64,000 bases of DNA from the human T2T-CHM13v2.0 reference genome, Homo sapiens: the NCBI RefSeq assembly GCF_009914755.1, contig NC_060925.1; one strand, 5' to 3'. The notes beneath the pieces were generated by a model, which saw only the letters and a program-made list of their open reading frames with translations, ran no database searches and was not told where the DNA came from. Shown here piece after piece: positions 14,847-26,744 of the stretch. Position 1 is the stretch's first letter. Each line of letters starts with the position of its first letter. The translations under genes and the position numbers were made by a program.

Positions 14847-16396
14847 TTTATTGATCATTCTTGGGTGTTTCTCGCAGAGGGGGATTTGGCAGGATCGTAG
14901 GACAATAGTGGAGGGAAGGTCAGCAGATAAACAAGTGAACAAAGGTCTCTGGTTTTCCTAGGCAGAGGACCCTGCCACCTTCCGCAGTGTTTGTGTCCCT
15001 GGGTACTTGAGATTAGGGAGTGGTGATGACTCTTAACGAGCATGCTGCCTTCAAGCATCTGTTTAACAAAGCACATCTTGCACCGCCCTTAATCCATTTA
15101 ACCCTGAGTGGACACAGCACATGTTTCAGAGAGCACAGGGTTGGGGGTAAGGTCATAGATCAACAGGATCCCAAGGCAGAAGAATTTTTCTTAGTACACA
15201 ACAAAATGAAAAGTCTCCCATGTCTACTTCTTTCTACACAGACACAGCAACCATCCGATTTCTCAATCTTTTCCCCACCTTTCCCCCTTTTCTATTCCAC
15301 AAAACCGCCATTGTCATCATGGCCCGTTCTCAATGAGCTGTTGGGTACACCTCCCAGACGGGGTGGTGGCCGGGCAGAGGGGCTCCTCACTTCCCAGTAG
15401 GGGCGGCCGGGCAGAGGCGCCCCTCACCTCCCAGACGGGGCGGCTGGCCGGGTGGGGGGCTGGCCCCCCCACCTCCCTCCCGGACGGGGCGGCTGGCCGG
15501 GCGGGGGTGCTCCTCACTTCTCAGACGGGGCGGCCGGGCAGAGACGCTCCTCACCTCCCAGACGGGGTCGCGGCCGGGCAGAGGTGCTCCTCACATCCCA
15601 GACGGGGCGGCGGGGCAGAGGCGCTCCTCACTTCCTAGATGGGATGGCGGCCGGGAAGAGGCGCTCCTCACTTCCTAGATGGGATGGCGGCGGGGCAGAG
15701 ACGCTCCTCACTTTCCAGACTGGGCAGCCAGGCAGAGGGGTTCCTCACATCCCAGACGATGGGCGGCCAGGCAGAGACTCTCCTCACTTCCCAGACAGGG
15801 TGGCGGCTGGGCAGAGGCTGCAATCTCGGCACTTTGGGAGGCCAAGGCAGGCGGCTGGGAGGTGGAGGTTGAGGTTGTAGCGAGCCGAGATCACGCCACT
15901 GCACTCCAGCCTGGGCACCATTGAGCACTGAGTGAACGAGACTCCGTCTGCAATCCCGGCACCTTGGGAGGCCGAGGCTGGCGGATCACTCGTGGTCAGG
16001 AGCTGGAGACCAGCCCGGCCAACACAGCGAAACCCCATCTCCACCAAAAAAATACAAAAACCAGTCAGGCGTGGTGGCGCGCGCCTGCAATCGCGGGCAC
16101 TTAGGAGGCTGAGGCAGGAGAATCAGGCAGGGAGGTTGCAGTGAGTCGAGATGGCAGCAGCACAGTCCAGCTTCGGCTTGGCATCAGAGGGAGACCGTGG
16201 AAAGAGAGGGAGAGGGAGACCGTGGGGAGAGGGGGAGGGAGAGGGAGAGGGAGAGGGAGACAATTTTTGTATTTTTAATAGAGACAGGGTTTCACCATGT
16301 TGGCCAGGCTGGTCTTGGAGTCTGGACCTTAAGTGATCCACCCACCACGGCCTCCCAAAATGTTGGGATTACAGGCGTGAGCCACCGTACCCAGCC
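14616..16396 (-). mobile_element. AluS-type element split by the SVA
   Basis: Right arm 14616-14800 and left arm 16262-16396; TSD TGAAACTAC(A/C)TTTGT at 14601-14615 and 16397-16411. Confidence 0.9.
14801..16260 (-). mobile_element. Full-length SVA retrotransposon
   Basis: On the - strand: (CCCTCT)n hexamers about 16185-16260, Alu-like region about 15816-16180, GC-rich VNTR about 15346-15815, SINE-R about 14853-15345, patterned poly(A); 16-bp TSD AATTTTTGTATTTTTA at 14785-14800 and 16262-16277. Confidence 0.96.
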
Positions 16397-16575
16397 TGAA
16401 ACTACCTTTGTAAGGCTAATGAAAGGCCACAAGATTAGGTGATCATGGCTCCCTGCAGCCTTGACCTCCTGGGCTAAAGGGATCTTCCTGCCTCAGCCTC
16501 CAGAACAGCTGAGGCTACAGGTGCACACCACTGCACCCAGCTAATTTTAAAAGAATTTTTTTGTTTTTTTTTTAA

Positions 16576-16692
<117 letters not shown>

Positions 16693-17149
16693 TAGCCAAA
16701 TTTCTAGTGTTTATAAGACACAAGTTTATAGTATTTTGTTACAGCAGCCTGAACAGACTAGTACAGGAGTGAGGTAAGGAAGGGAGTAATGGGGTCAAGG
16801 GTTTGTGGGAGGAGAGGCAAGAGGGGGACCTCTAGCATAGTCTCTGAGAATGGCAGACGCCCAAGGATTATGCTGGACAATATGCTTATTTCATTGTTTG
16901 TCAACGGTTAGCTGATTACCAATGAACCAGAGCAGAAGACCAGACGGAAACCATGACACCCACCCAACCATAGGTTTGGGCCTCCTCCAAAACCATTTCC
17001 TTTCTGTATGTGGATTCAGTGGGCTGGATAGAGAATATAACTAAGCCTTAGGAGGCCCCCTCCACATTCTAGAGACTGAGGTGGCCCTGAGTGAATGGTC
17101 ATTCCTGAGCCTTTTGCTTCTGCCTTTGATCAGACCTACTTTCAGTTCA

Positions 17150-17935
17150 ATGGGAGGCTTCGAGGGTCATCTGTACCCAGGGCTGTCTTTCTTCTTCTAT
17201 GGACTTTATCATGCACAACTTGTCTCCAGAGCCTTAATATGCAATGCCCCTGTCCAGTATCCACCACGCCATCCCTGGAGCAAAGGAAGATGGGCGAGGC
17301 TATGGCAAATATACTACAATGGGTTGCTGAAGATATTGAGTGCCTGCATTTTAGTAGCCCAAGAGTTGCACAGCATTCCTAGACAGTTTGTGCTTATCAG
17401 CAAGATGTATCATCAGAGAAACTTTATGTTCCGCAAACAGTGGCAGCATCTCACTCTCTATATGACTTTCTTGCTGAGTGGGTGTGTAGACATGGTGAGC
17501 CAGAACCTGCTGCCCAAGAGATGTGCTGCTCTGGAGCAAGGTGCCCAGGCTCTGGGCATGTTCATATTTCTGCCCCTGATGGTGTCTTACCTGCAGGACA
17601 CAGAAGGAGTGGAGCTTCAGTCTCAAGTGCTGCTCACCCAGGCCATGTTCCTGCTGACTCTGGTGGTGACCGCAGAGCTGTGGGCTCCCAACATGCCACT
17701 GATCTGGATCACGAAGGCCTTTTTGTATATGATCACAGGCTCTTGGCTGATGCACATAGGCTTTATGCTGTTCAAACCAATCTCTGGCTATATCAGTGGA
17801 TGGATGATGACAGAAATGACATTATGTTTGTCACCACCTTCTTCTGTTGGCATGTGATCTTCAGTGCCAATTTTGATGATCTGGATCTATGGCTTCTCCT
17901 TTTGGTGGTATTGCTACATTTTTGTTAAGGCCTGA
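17150..17935 (+). pseudogene. TEDDM2P: TMEM45/TEDDM-family (DUF716) multi-pass membrane protein pseudogene, probably TEDDM2P
   Basis: Intronless. MGGFEGHLYPG, WQHLT, ELWAPN, GSWL and WMDDDRNDIMFVTTFFCWH match the TMEM45/TEDDM1 family but differ from TEDDM1 as I recall it. Frameshifts: +2 (TATAT, 17789-17793) and +1 (AA, 17869-17870). The repaired frame ends at TGA 17933-17935. A degenerate TEDDM1-like tail (HTPGHLDEKLWEVE) continues in another frame to about 18063. Confidence 0.8.
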
Positions 17936-18294
17936 ACCTGGATGTGCCACAATTGGTTCTCTATTGCCTGCATACTCCAGGACATCTGGATGAGAAGTTG
18001 TGGGAGGTGGAGCTGCCAGAGAGGATAATCCTGCATCCTTCTTTCAGAGGTGTCTCATGCTGAGGCATCAGACTTCTCTGGGACAGGCATACCCTCCTTC
18101 CCCTTCTGGTTTCTCTCAGTCTCATTTCCTGAGCAGTGTGCAGAGGACAGGAGAATGAAACAAGGCATGCAACTATGGCCCTCACTCTTAGCTCCCCAAG
18201 TATTTCGCTCCCTTTCCCTCTCTCCTCAATTCCAGCAACAGTGATCTGTGTGCCCTGCATGTCTCTGCATCCCTCATTCTCCTTCCATGAGGAC

Positions 18295-18305
18295 ATTAAA
18301 ATAAA
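18295..18305 (+). terminator. Candidate polyadenylation signals (overlapping ATTAAA/AATAAA) of the TEDDM-like pseudogene
   Basis: ATTAAAATAAA about 360 nt after the repaired stop codon. Confidence 0.4.
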
Positions 18306-19247
18306 TTCATGATATCCTGCCTTTGGGCCTTTTTGTAAATATCCTTCACCCAGCACATAGAATTCCTACCGCTAGTCATATTTAGTACATGATAATCTAC
18401 CCATTACAATAACCACCTCCTCATTCTTTCTTGTTCTGGACCTCTTCAATGCTCATATTGAAGAGACTGTTTTTGACTCTTCAGATCTCCTAGAATGTTC
18501 TTGAGGTCTTTCCTTTGATTACTTTGTGATTTATCAAATGAAACATGGGACCCTTGAAGGTAACTTCTTCTGCAGGATTTTTTGTTTGTTTGTTTGTTTG
18601 TTTTAGACAGGGTCTCACTCAATTGTCCAGTTGGAGTGCAGTGATGCAATCACCACTCACTGCAGCCTCAATCTCCTGGGCTCAAGCAATCGTCCTACCT
18701 CAGCCTCCCAAACTTGGGTCTGCAGGTGCAAGCCGTCACGCCATGCCCAGCTAATTTTTTATTTTTGTAGAGATGAGTTTTCCCTATGTTGCCCTGGCTG
18801 GTCTCGAACTCCTGGGCTCAAGTGATCTGCCTGCCTCTGCCTCCCAAAATGCTGGGATTACAGATGTGAGCCACCATGTCCAGCCCTCTGCAGGGTTTAA
18901 TAGAACAAAGCAACACCCTGCATGTAGTGAGAGCTCAGAGGCTTGTCTGCTTCCAGACTTTCTTCAGCCCCGTCTCCCCAAGTGTAGAGTCTAGAAAATT
19001 CTTCTTCCAGGCCTTTCAGCCCATTGCTCTGTACATATCTGATTGATTTCCAAGCAATAAACTCATCCGGAACTACTCCTTTGTGGTTCTCATGTATAAT
19101 AAAGTTCAATGGCTTGTTTATGCTCCATATTTTTCTTTTTAATCCTCACAAATGTCTTATCAGGGAGGTTTAGAGGTAAGTAATCTAAAACTCAAAAGGG
19201 TTAAGAAAGTGGCTTAAGGTAGCTAGATATTTAGCTATGTCACATAA

Positions 19248-19781
<534 letters not shown>

Positions 19782-21036
19782 TAGTTCCTAAAGCAAATGC
19801 ATCCTTTGGTTCTGGCCCTACTCTTCCTTTTTAATTTTCTCAGTCAAAAGTGAAGGTACAGCAGGAATGAGTTGTTTGGTTGTCAGGGACCTTCACCCCC
19901 TAGTTTTGGGGGTTGGTGGGCATTCTGAGTTATTGTGGGGGTGGAGGGTGCTTCCCAATGTCATTGAGAGGTGGGGGCTCAGCCACGTCTCAGAATGTGG
20001 GATGGCATGCATGTGTTGGATGTTTGGCATGTGACCAGCAGGCAGCTTCCACAGAAAGCTGACACCTGCATTGTTGGAACGATCAGGCAACAACGCTGCT
20101 CCCCACTAGAGATGAACAGGGGTCCCTCGCATGGAAGTAAAATATGCCTCAGGTGCATTTCAGATTCTGTGCTTCTCTCTGGTCCTGGGGACCAGTGGGG
20201 CTCTGCAGCACCCCCTGTAGGTTCTGCCCTTTTCCTGGTTGTCACCTCTGGCTTCCAGCCCCTTGTTTCTCCCCAACAACCTTGGATATATTTGCCTTGG
20301 CCAAGCCTTGCAGCTCCTCCTTCCTCTAGCTTTGTTGAACCTCCTCTCGTACCCTTGAAGTTGAGGGGGCAGGGAATCTGCTCCCCTGTACATGCTTTCC
20401 CATTGATATGGTAAAGTTGTTTTCTACTTCACTCAGGCCTCCTCCTGATTTTTTTTTTTTTCTTTTTTTGAGACAGGGTTTTGCTCTATTACCCAGGCTG
20501 CAATGCAGTGGCACCATCTCAGCTCACTGTAGCCTCGAACTCCCTGGCTCAAGCAGTTCTCCCGCCTCAGCTCCCCCACAACCCACCCTCCAGAGCTGGG
20601 ATTACAGGTGGCACCACCACACCCAGCTAATTTTTTTTCTGTTTGATTTTTGTAAAGACTGGGTCTTGTCATGTTGCCCAAGCTGGTCTCAAACTCCTGG
20701 GCTCAAGTGATCTTCCAGCCTTGGCCTCCCAAAGTGCTGTGAGCCACCACCCCTGGTGACACCTCCCCTTTTTGATATTAAGAGCATATTTTAGATTTTT
20801 TTAACCTAAAATTGACTTTTTGTTTTTTGCTATTATAATCTGACCTCATCTTGATGCAAGATCTTTGACTAATAGAGGAAAAGTCATCTGCAAGGGTTGG
20901 GAACCAAAACCCAAGTATTAGTATTTCAAGATATTATTTCTCCACAAAGATGAAAGTTAAAGAAATACCAAAACCATGTGTTAACCCTTAGAACCATTCC
21001 ATTTTGAGTACTTTTGAAGTCTTGTTAAATAGTAAT

Positions 21037-21448
21037 TTTCACTCGCGTCCGTGTGAAGAGACCACTAAACAGGCTTTGTGTGAGAAACAAGGCTGTTTAT
21101 TTCACCTGGGTGCAGGCGGGCTGAGTCTGAAAAGAGAGTCAGTGAAGGGAGATAGGGGTGGGGCCGTTTTATAAGATTTGGGTAGGTAAAGGAAAATTAC
21201 AGTCAAAGGGGGGTGTTCTCTGGCGGGCAGGGGTGGGGGTCACAAGGTGCTCAGTGGGGGAGTTTTGAGCCAGGATGAGCCAGAAAAGGGAATTTCACAA
21301 GGTAATGTCATCAGTTAAGGCAGGAACAGGCCATTTTCACTTCTTTTGTGGTGGAAAGTCATCAGTTAAGGCAGGAACCGGCCATCTGGATGTGTACGTG
21401 CAGGTCACAGGGGATATGATGGCTTAGCTTGGGCTCAGAAGCCTGACA
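21037..21448 (-). mobile_element. LTR7 (HERV-H) solo LTR
   Basis: Reverse strand reads TGTCAGGCTTCTGAGCCCAAGCTAAGCCATCATATCCCCTGTGACCTGCACGTACACATCCAGATGG...TATAAAACGGCCCC...AATAAACAGCC...GAAA; TSD GTAAT/CTAAT. Confidence 0.93.
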
Positions 21449-21779
21449 CTAATAAATTCATCTCTTGTAGTAAATGATTGCCTCCAAATATTATATCTCA
21501 CAACTGTATCTTCCAGGTAAAATAATATTAACAGGCGCCTACAAAGCCACAGAGGATTATAGTTAAGGCCAGATACGATGGTGGAATAGGCAGACCTACT
21601 ATTCGGATGACAAGGGCCTTTCTGTACTTCTCATGTCACAGCAGGTGTGAGCACTCTGACAGTGATCCTAATTACTTTGGAAAGTAAAACGAACTGAAGA
21701 TTATGTTTGGGGAAAAACAGAAACAAAACCTTCAAATTACAGAGTGGAGTTTTGAAAAGAAAAGTGTAATGTTCAACAC

Positions 21780-21798
21780 CGTGCACCAGAGGGCACCA
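21780..21798 (+). promoter_or_regulatory. CTCF core-like motif
   Basis: CGTGCACCAGAGGGCACCA versus consensus TGGCCACCAGGGGGCGCTA. Confidence 0.45.
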
Positions 21799-22210
21799 TA
21801 TTTACATGAGCCTGGAAAGGGCACTTACTCTCCATTTGGTATTGAATGACCCATTTAAACGAAGTGACAGAGGGATAGAGAGAAGAGCAGGAAAAGTATA
21901 TAAGCAAGTATTGTCCAAGCACCCAGTAAACATGATGTAGTTCTTCTTCCTGTTAAAGTTAGATGCATATGACTAAGCACAGAATCCAGTTAACATAGAG
22001 ATATGTGTGTGTATCTCAAAAACCTTTTGGTCACTCACTCTCTGACCTTCTTTTTTATTTAGAGTGAAAATTTATTGTGTGAGTCTTGGAGGGACTGTCT
22101 CCCACTATGGATGCCAGAGGGGACCAGACAGTCTCTCTCCTGGCCCTGGCAGTAAGGACATGGATATCCTGTCCTGGACTCAGCAATCAGATCCTCCACC
22201 CAGAACTTTT

Positions 22211-22865
22211 ATGTATATATATTTATATTTATAAATTTATATTTAATTATATATAATGCATATTCAATTTTAAAATTAAATATAGATATATACATTCACT
22301 TTTAAAATTTAAATATGATATGTACATTTAATTTTTAAAATTAAATATATGATATATATGTCATATACATTTAATTTTTAAAATTAAATATATATATGAC
22401 ATATACATTTAATTTTTAAAATTAAATATATGATATATATGACATATACATTTAATTTTTAAAATTAAATATATGATATATATGACATATACATTTAATT
22501 TTTAAAATTAAATATATGATATATACATTTAATTTTTAAAATTAAATATATGATATATACATTTATTTTTTAAATTAAATATGTGATATATACATTTAAT
22601 CTTTAAAATTAAATATATGATATATACATTTAATCTTTAAAATTAAATATATGATATATACATTTAATCTTTAAAATTAAATATATGATATATACATTTA
22701 ATCTTTAAAATTAAATATATGATATATACATTTAATCTTTAAAATTAAATATATGATATATACATTTAATCTTTAAAATTAAATATATGATATATACATT
22801 TAATCTTTAAAATTAAATATATGATATATAATTAAATATAGAATATATACACATTTAATTTTAAA
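22211..22865. repeat. AT-rich minisatellite, main unit 34 bp TACATTTAAT(C/T)TTTAAAATTAAATATATGATATA with longer variants
   Basis: Period 34 measured directly (CATTTAATC at 22661, 22695, 22729); roughly 15-18 units. Confidence 0.92.
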
Positions 22866-24095
22866 AATCATTTTTTAATAGAGGTAGGGTCTTACTATGT
22901 TGCCCAGGCTGGTCTCAAACTCCTGGACTCAAGCGATCCACCTGCCACAGCCTCCCAAAATGCTGGGATTACAGGCATGAGTTACCATGACCAGCCCAAA
23001 ACTTTTCATCTTGAAGGAAGACTCAGAAGCTCAGGAGCAATGAGAGGTTATGCATGGCAGTGCCTATGACAACAAACACTCAATAGCGGTGGTGCTAGCA
23101 GTAGTGGCACAATGGGGACAACCACAAATGCTGAAAAAGATGTGTTGTAGTTGAAATTGGTTCTTATTTCTACTGGAGGTCGTGTTAACCATCAAAAACA
23201 AAATAAGCGTAGTTATCATAATAGGCAGTTGAGCCTGTGTGGATATCTGAATGATCTAACCCACAGATTCTTTATAGTGGTTATTGATCATGGGGTCCTT
23301 AAAAAATGTGTGTTCATTCAATAAGATTCTACTGGAAAGTATAAGCTCTGTGATGGCAAGGATTTTAGACTGTTTATTCAGTGTTGCATCACAAACACCT
23401 AGAACAGTTTGTGTCACATAGACCTGCCCAATAAATATTTGTTGAGTGAATGAACAGGAGCCTAAAATGAGCCATCATGGTAGAAAATCAGGTCCCTCAT
23501 CCAATTTTCAGCCCTGAGTCAGACCTAGAAGCTCTGAAATTTAAAAAAAAAAAAAAAAGCATTTTACCAGTTAGGAAGAATCTTGTAATATTTTGCAAGT
23601 ATTTACGGTGAATATTCTTCTTAATCTTTGCCAAAGAGACCTGCTGTCATTTCCAGGGTAACTGTGCACTTGGGAAAAGGAGATGCCCAGAGTTTTGCAA
23701 ACCAGATCAGATCTAGTAAATGTCAGATCTGAGATGTGAATGCAGCTCTATTTCATTTAGAAACCAATTTATTTGTTTGTTTGTTTGTTTGTTTGTTTGT
23801 TTGTTTGTTTTTGAGACAGAGTCTCATTCTGTTGCCCGGGCTGGGGTGGAATGGCACGATCTCAGCTCACTGCAAAATCTGCCTCCCAGATTCAAGCAAT
23901 TCTTGTGCCTCAGACTTCTGAGTAGCTGGGATTACAGGTGCGCAACACCACATCTGGATAATTTTTTTGTATTTTTAGTAGAGAAGGGGTTTCCCCATGT
24001 TGGCCAGTCTGGTCTCTAACTCCTGTCCTCAAGTGATCCACCCACCTTGGCCTCCCAAAGTGCTGGGATTACAGACGTGAGCCACTGCATCTGGC
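22866..24095 (-). mobile_element. Alu left-arm monomer (22866-22997) and AluS (about 23768-24095) within old ERVL-like sequence
   Basis: Antisense Alu sequence; flanking ERVL-int-like CCAGGGTAACTGTGCACTTGGGAAAAGG. Confidence 0.75.
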
Positions 24096-25738
24096 CCCAA
24101 TATTTTCTATATTTACCTGATGATAATAATTATCTGGGGGCACTTGGAAAATATACAGACTCCTGAGCCCCACCCCTTCTAAATCAGAATTGCCAGGGGA
24201 CGGTCCCGGCAATTTAGGTTTTTAACAACAACCCTGTCAATAAGGTAATTCTTATTACCACACATTTGGGAGACATCTGGTGCCCTTTTCTTTTGGGAAC
24301 TAGAAGGTCATGAAAGGGTCAGGGATCTAACCATTATGCATTTCAAGATTTAGCCAGTGATACTGGCTTTTCATCTTTACTGTTTTTAGAGTGACCCTAT
24401 TTGGTTGTTAATGGCTCCAACAGTCAGCCTTTTTGAACTGTGGGAAAGACGGTGGGGCAGCAATTAGGACTCAAGGGTAGGTGCACACAGCTTGATTGAA
24501 AACAGTCTGAAAGCATTCCATCTTAAGGAATGTGAGCATATATTACTACTGTATATGCCATTATTTTAGGAGGAGACCTTGACTCTATTTATTTTGCAAA
24601 AGAGGTGATAATTCAAGGAATAATATGATATTGTAGAATCATGCAGTGCTTCACACTGAACTCTCTTAAGATGTGTGCATGTTAAACTGACTAATTAATA
24701 AGGTGAATAAGGTAATTGATAACAGATTGAAGAAGTATGGTAAGCTACAATCTCATCTTGCAATACATAGAACATCAAGATGTAAAGCAAGAATCTCTTC
24801 TCACTAAAATCACTTTAAAATGCAGTATTTGGTCTTTATATATTCTAAAGAAAGTACAGCACTTTTTCAAATGTAAGTGATATTGTATTGACGATTCATT
24901 ATTAACAATAATCCTTCCAGTTTTCAGTTTTCCCTCCACCCCCCATAGGAAAGCCTTTTGGACATTATATAAGCTTCCCTACAATCCCAAGACTTAAAAG
25001 CCCTCTCTGGGTGTGACACTGAAGAATTCTATTCTCAGTAATTCTTGGCTAAAGTTTGAAGGATTATAGGGCTTTTGGTCTCTCATCTTAATATTTACTT
25101 CCTATTAGGGAAGAACAGGAGAAATGAAGAGTTGTTTAATGAGAAAACCAAGAGCCTGAAGAGTCTTCAGAGGAAGGGAGTTCAAACCTCTTGGAAGCTG
25201 ATGTTTTAATTTTAATTTTTTAAAGATGAGGTTTCACTCTGTTGCCCAAGCTGAAGTTCAGTGGTGTGATCACAGCTCACAGCAGCCTTGAATTCCTGGG
25301 CTGAAGCAATGGAGGTTGATGTTTTAAATGGGCAGAATATCCAGGAGTTACTGCTTATTAAAATTACATCAAATGTAACCGTTTACAAGACCCTTAGGAG
25401 CTGAGTTTAGCAATGCAAAAGTCACCCTAGCATGGGAGAGGTTGGAGCAGACAAGAGATCTTGGGCACAATTATAAAGAACTTGTCAAATAAAATAGTAT
25501 GAACTAAAGGCTTAAGTATAGGAGGAGTCTTGTATGTCCAAGGGGATTCAGCAGATTAGGTAAGATAAAGACTTATCTTCAGATTAAGGCCTACACCAGA
25601 GGTAAGTAGATCACTGCCAGATAGAATCTGGAACCCCTTAGAGAAGGTGTCATTACGTGTTCACAATGGATATAGTTCTATTGACTGGGGGGTAATTCTG
25701 CCCCTAACAAATTACTGTGTCAGGAAGAGCATGGCAAC

Positions 25739-25751
25739 ATGAGCAGTGCTG
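25739..25751 (+). CDS. RGSL1: RGSL1 coding exon 1 (ATG; MSSA + first base of E)
   Basis: ATGAGCAGTGCTG followed by consensus donor GTGAGT at 25752; the phase-1 G joins AG of exon 2 to give GAG, producing MSSAEIIGST, which I recognise as the RGSL1 N-terminus. Confidence 0.85.
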
Positions 25752-26573
25752 GTGAGTCTCTGCCAGGGATGTCTCCAAGGCCTTGAGTCTCTCAAATAAG
25801 GCAAACCATTCATCTTCCCAATTGTTAATAGATCTGAGCCATTCAGGGGCACCATGGGTGACTTTTGTGTTATTCATGCCTTTGTTTTCCTTCTCTTTCT
25901 CCTTCTTCCCCTTCCTCCTACCTTCTGCCACCAGATCTTTGAGGATAGTACAGGGCCTTATTCATAAGACAACTAAGGCAAGAGGGAGGAAGTAAAATGT
26001 GGATTGGGCCACCTCTCCTCCAGAGAGAAGACTGGTATGGGGTTTGAGATTATGCAGTGATTTCATTTGTTGCCAAGTCAATATTATTATGGCGTGGAAT
26101 GGGTGCTAAAAGCCTTCTCAAATTATTAGGAAGTTTGAAGGCAGAACAGGTAAGAAGGAAAAACAAGAATGGAGAAATGAGAGGATGAGGAAGGGAAGGA
26201 TGTACAGAGCCTTGTCTCTATATCTCCTTAAGACTGTTTTGGCAATGGCAAGCCCTAGCATAGTCAGGCCCCTTGCCACCAGCGGTGTGTGTAGCTGTGA
26301 ACAACAATCACTAGGGAATTTCTGCCAAACCCCACTTTTCTGTATTCAGATGGGCTCAGTAATATACTCATTCAACAAATCCATGTTAGACTCTATGAAT
26401 GATAAACAAACAAAAGTCCAAAAGATTGAAAATCATTGGCTGGGAGCGTTGGCTCACCCTTGTAATCCTAGTACTTTGGGAGGCTGAGGCAGGTGGATTA
26501 CCTGAGGTCAGGAGTTCAAGACCAGCCTGGCCAACATGGTAAAACCCCATCTCTACTGAAAATACAGAAATTA

Positions 26574-26744
<171 letters not shown>

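Larger units (their letters stand above)
14397..16439 (+). mobile_element. LTR8-like ERV1 LTR fragment hosting the Alu/SVA
   Basis: AAACTGCCTTTG...CTAACTGACTCCATCTTG...TTTAGTTTATAGTTTAACTTTG, resuming after the Alu as ...GCCACAAGATTAG. Confidence 0.65.

Noticed and set aside
15020-16442. Cluster of overlapping ORFs of 66-142 aa
   Set aside because: All derive from the GC-rich SVA or its host Alu.
17081-17857. Calling the ORF TEDDM1, or using the GTG start at 17081
   Set aside because: Family similarity starts at ATG 17150, the peptide differs from TEDDM1 as I recall it, and it has two frameshifts.
22211-22865. 34-bp palindromic repeat as a CRISPR array
   Set aside because: Units are contiguous with no unique spacers, there are no cas genes, and the context is eukaryotic.
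25650-25670. SOX-like ACAATGG and CRE-like TTACGTG near the RGSL1 start
   Set aside because: Seven-base motifs occur often by chance; unsupported without chromatin data.
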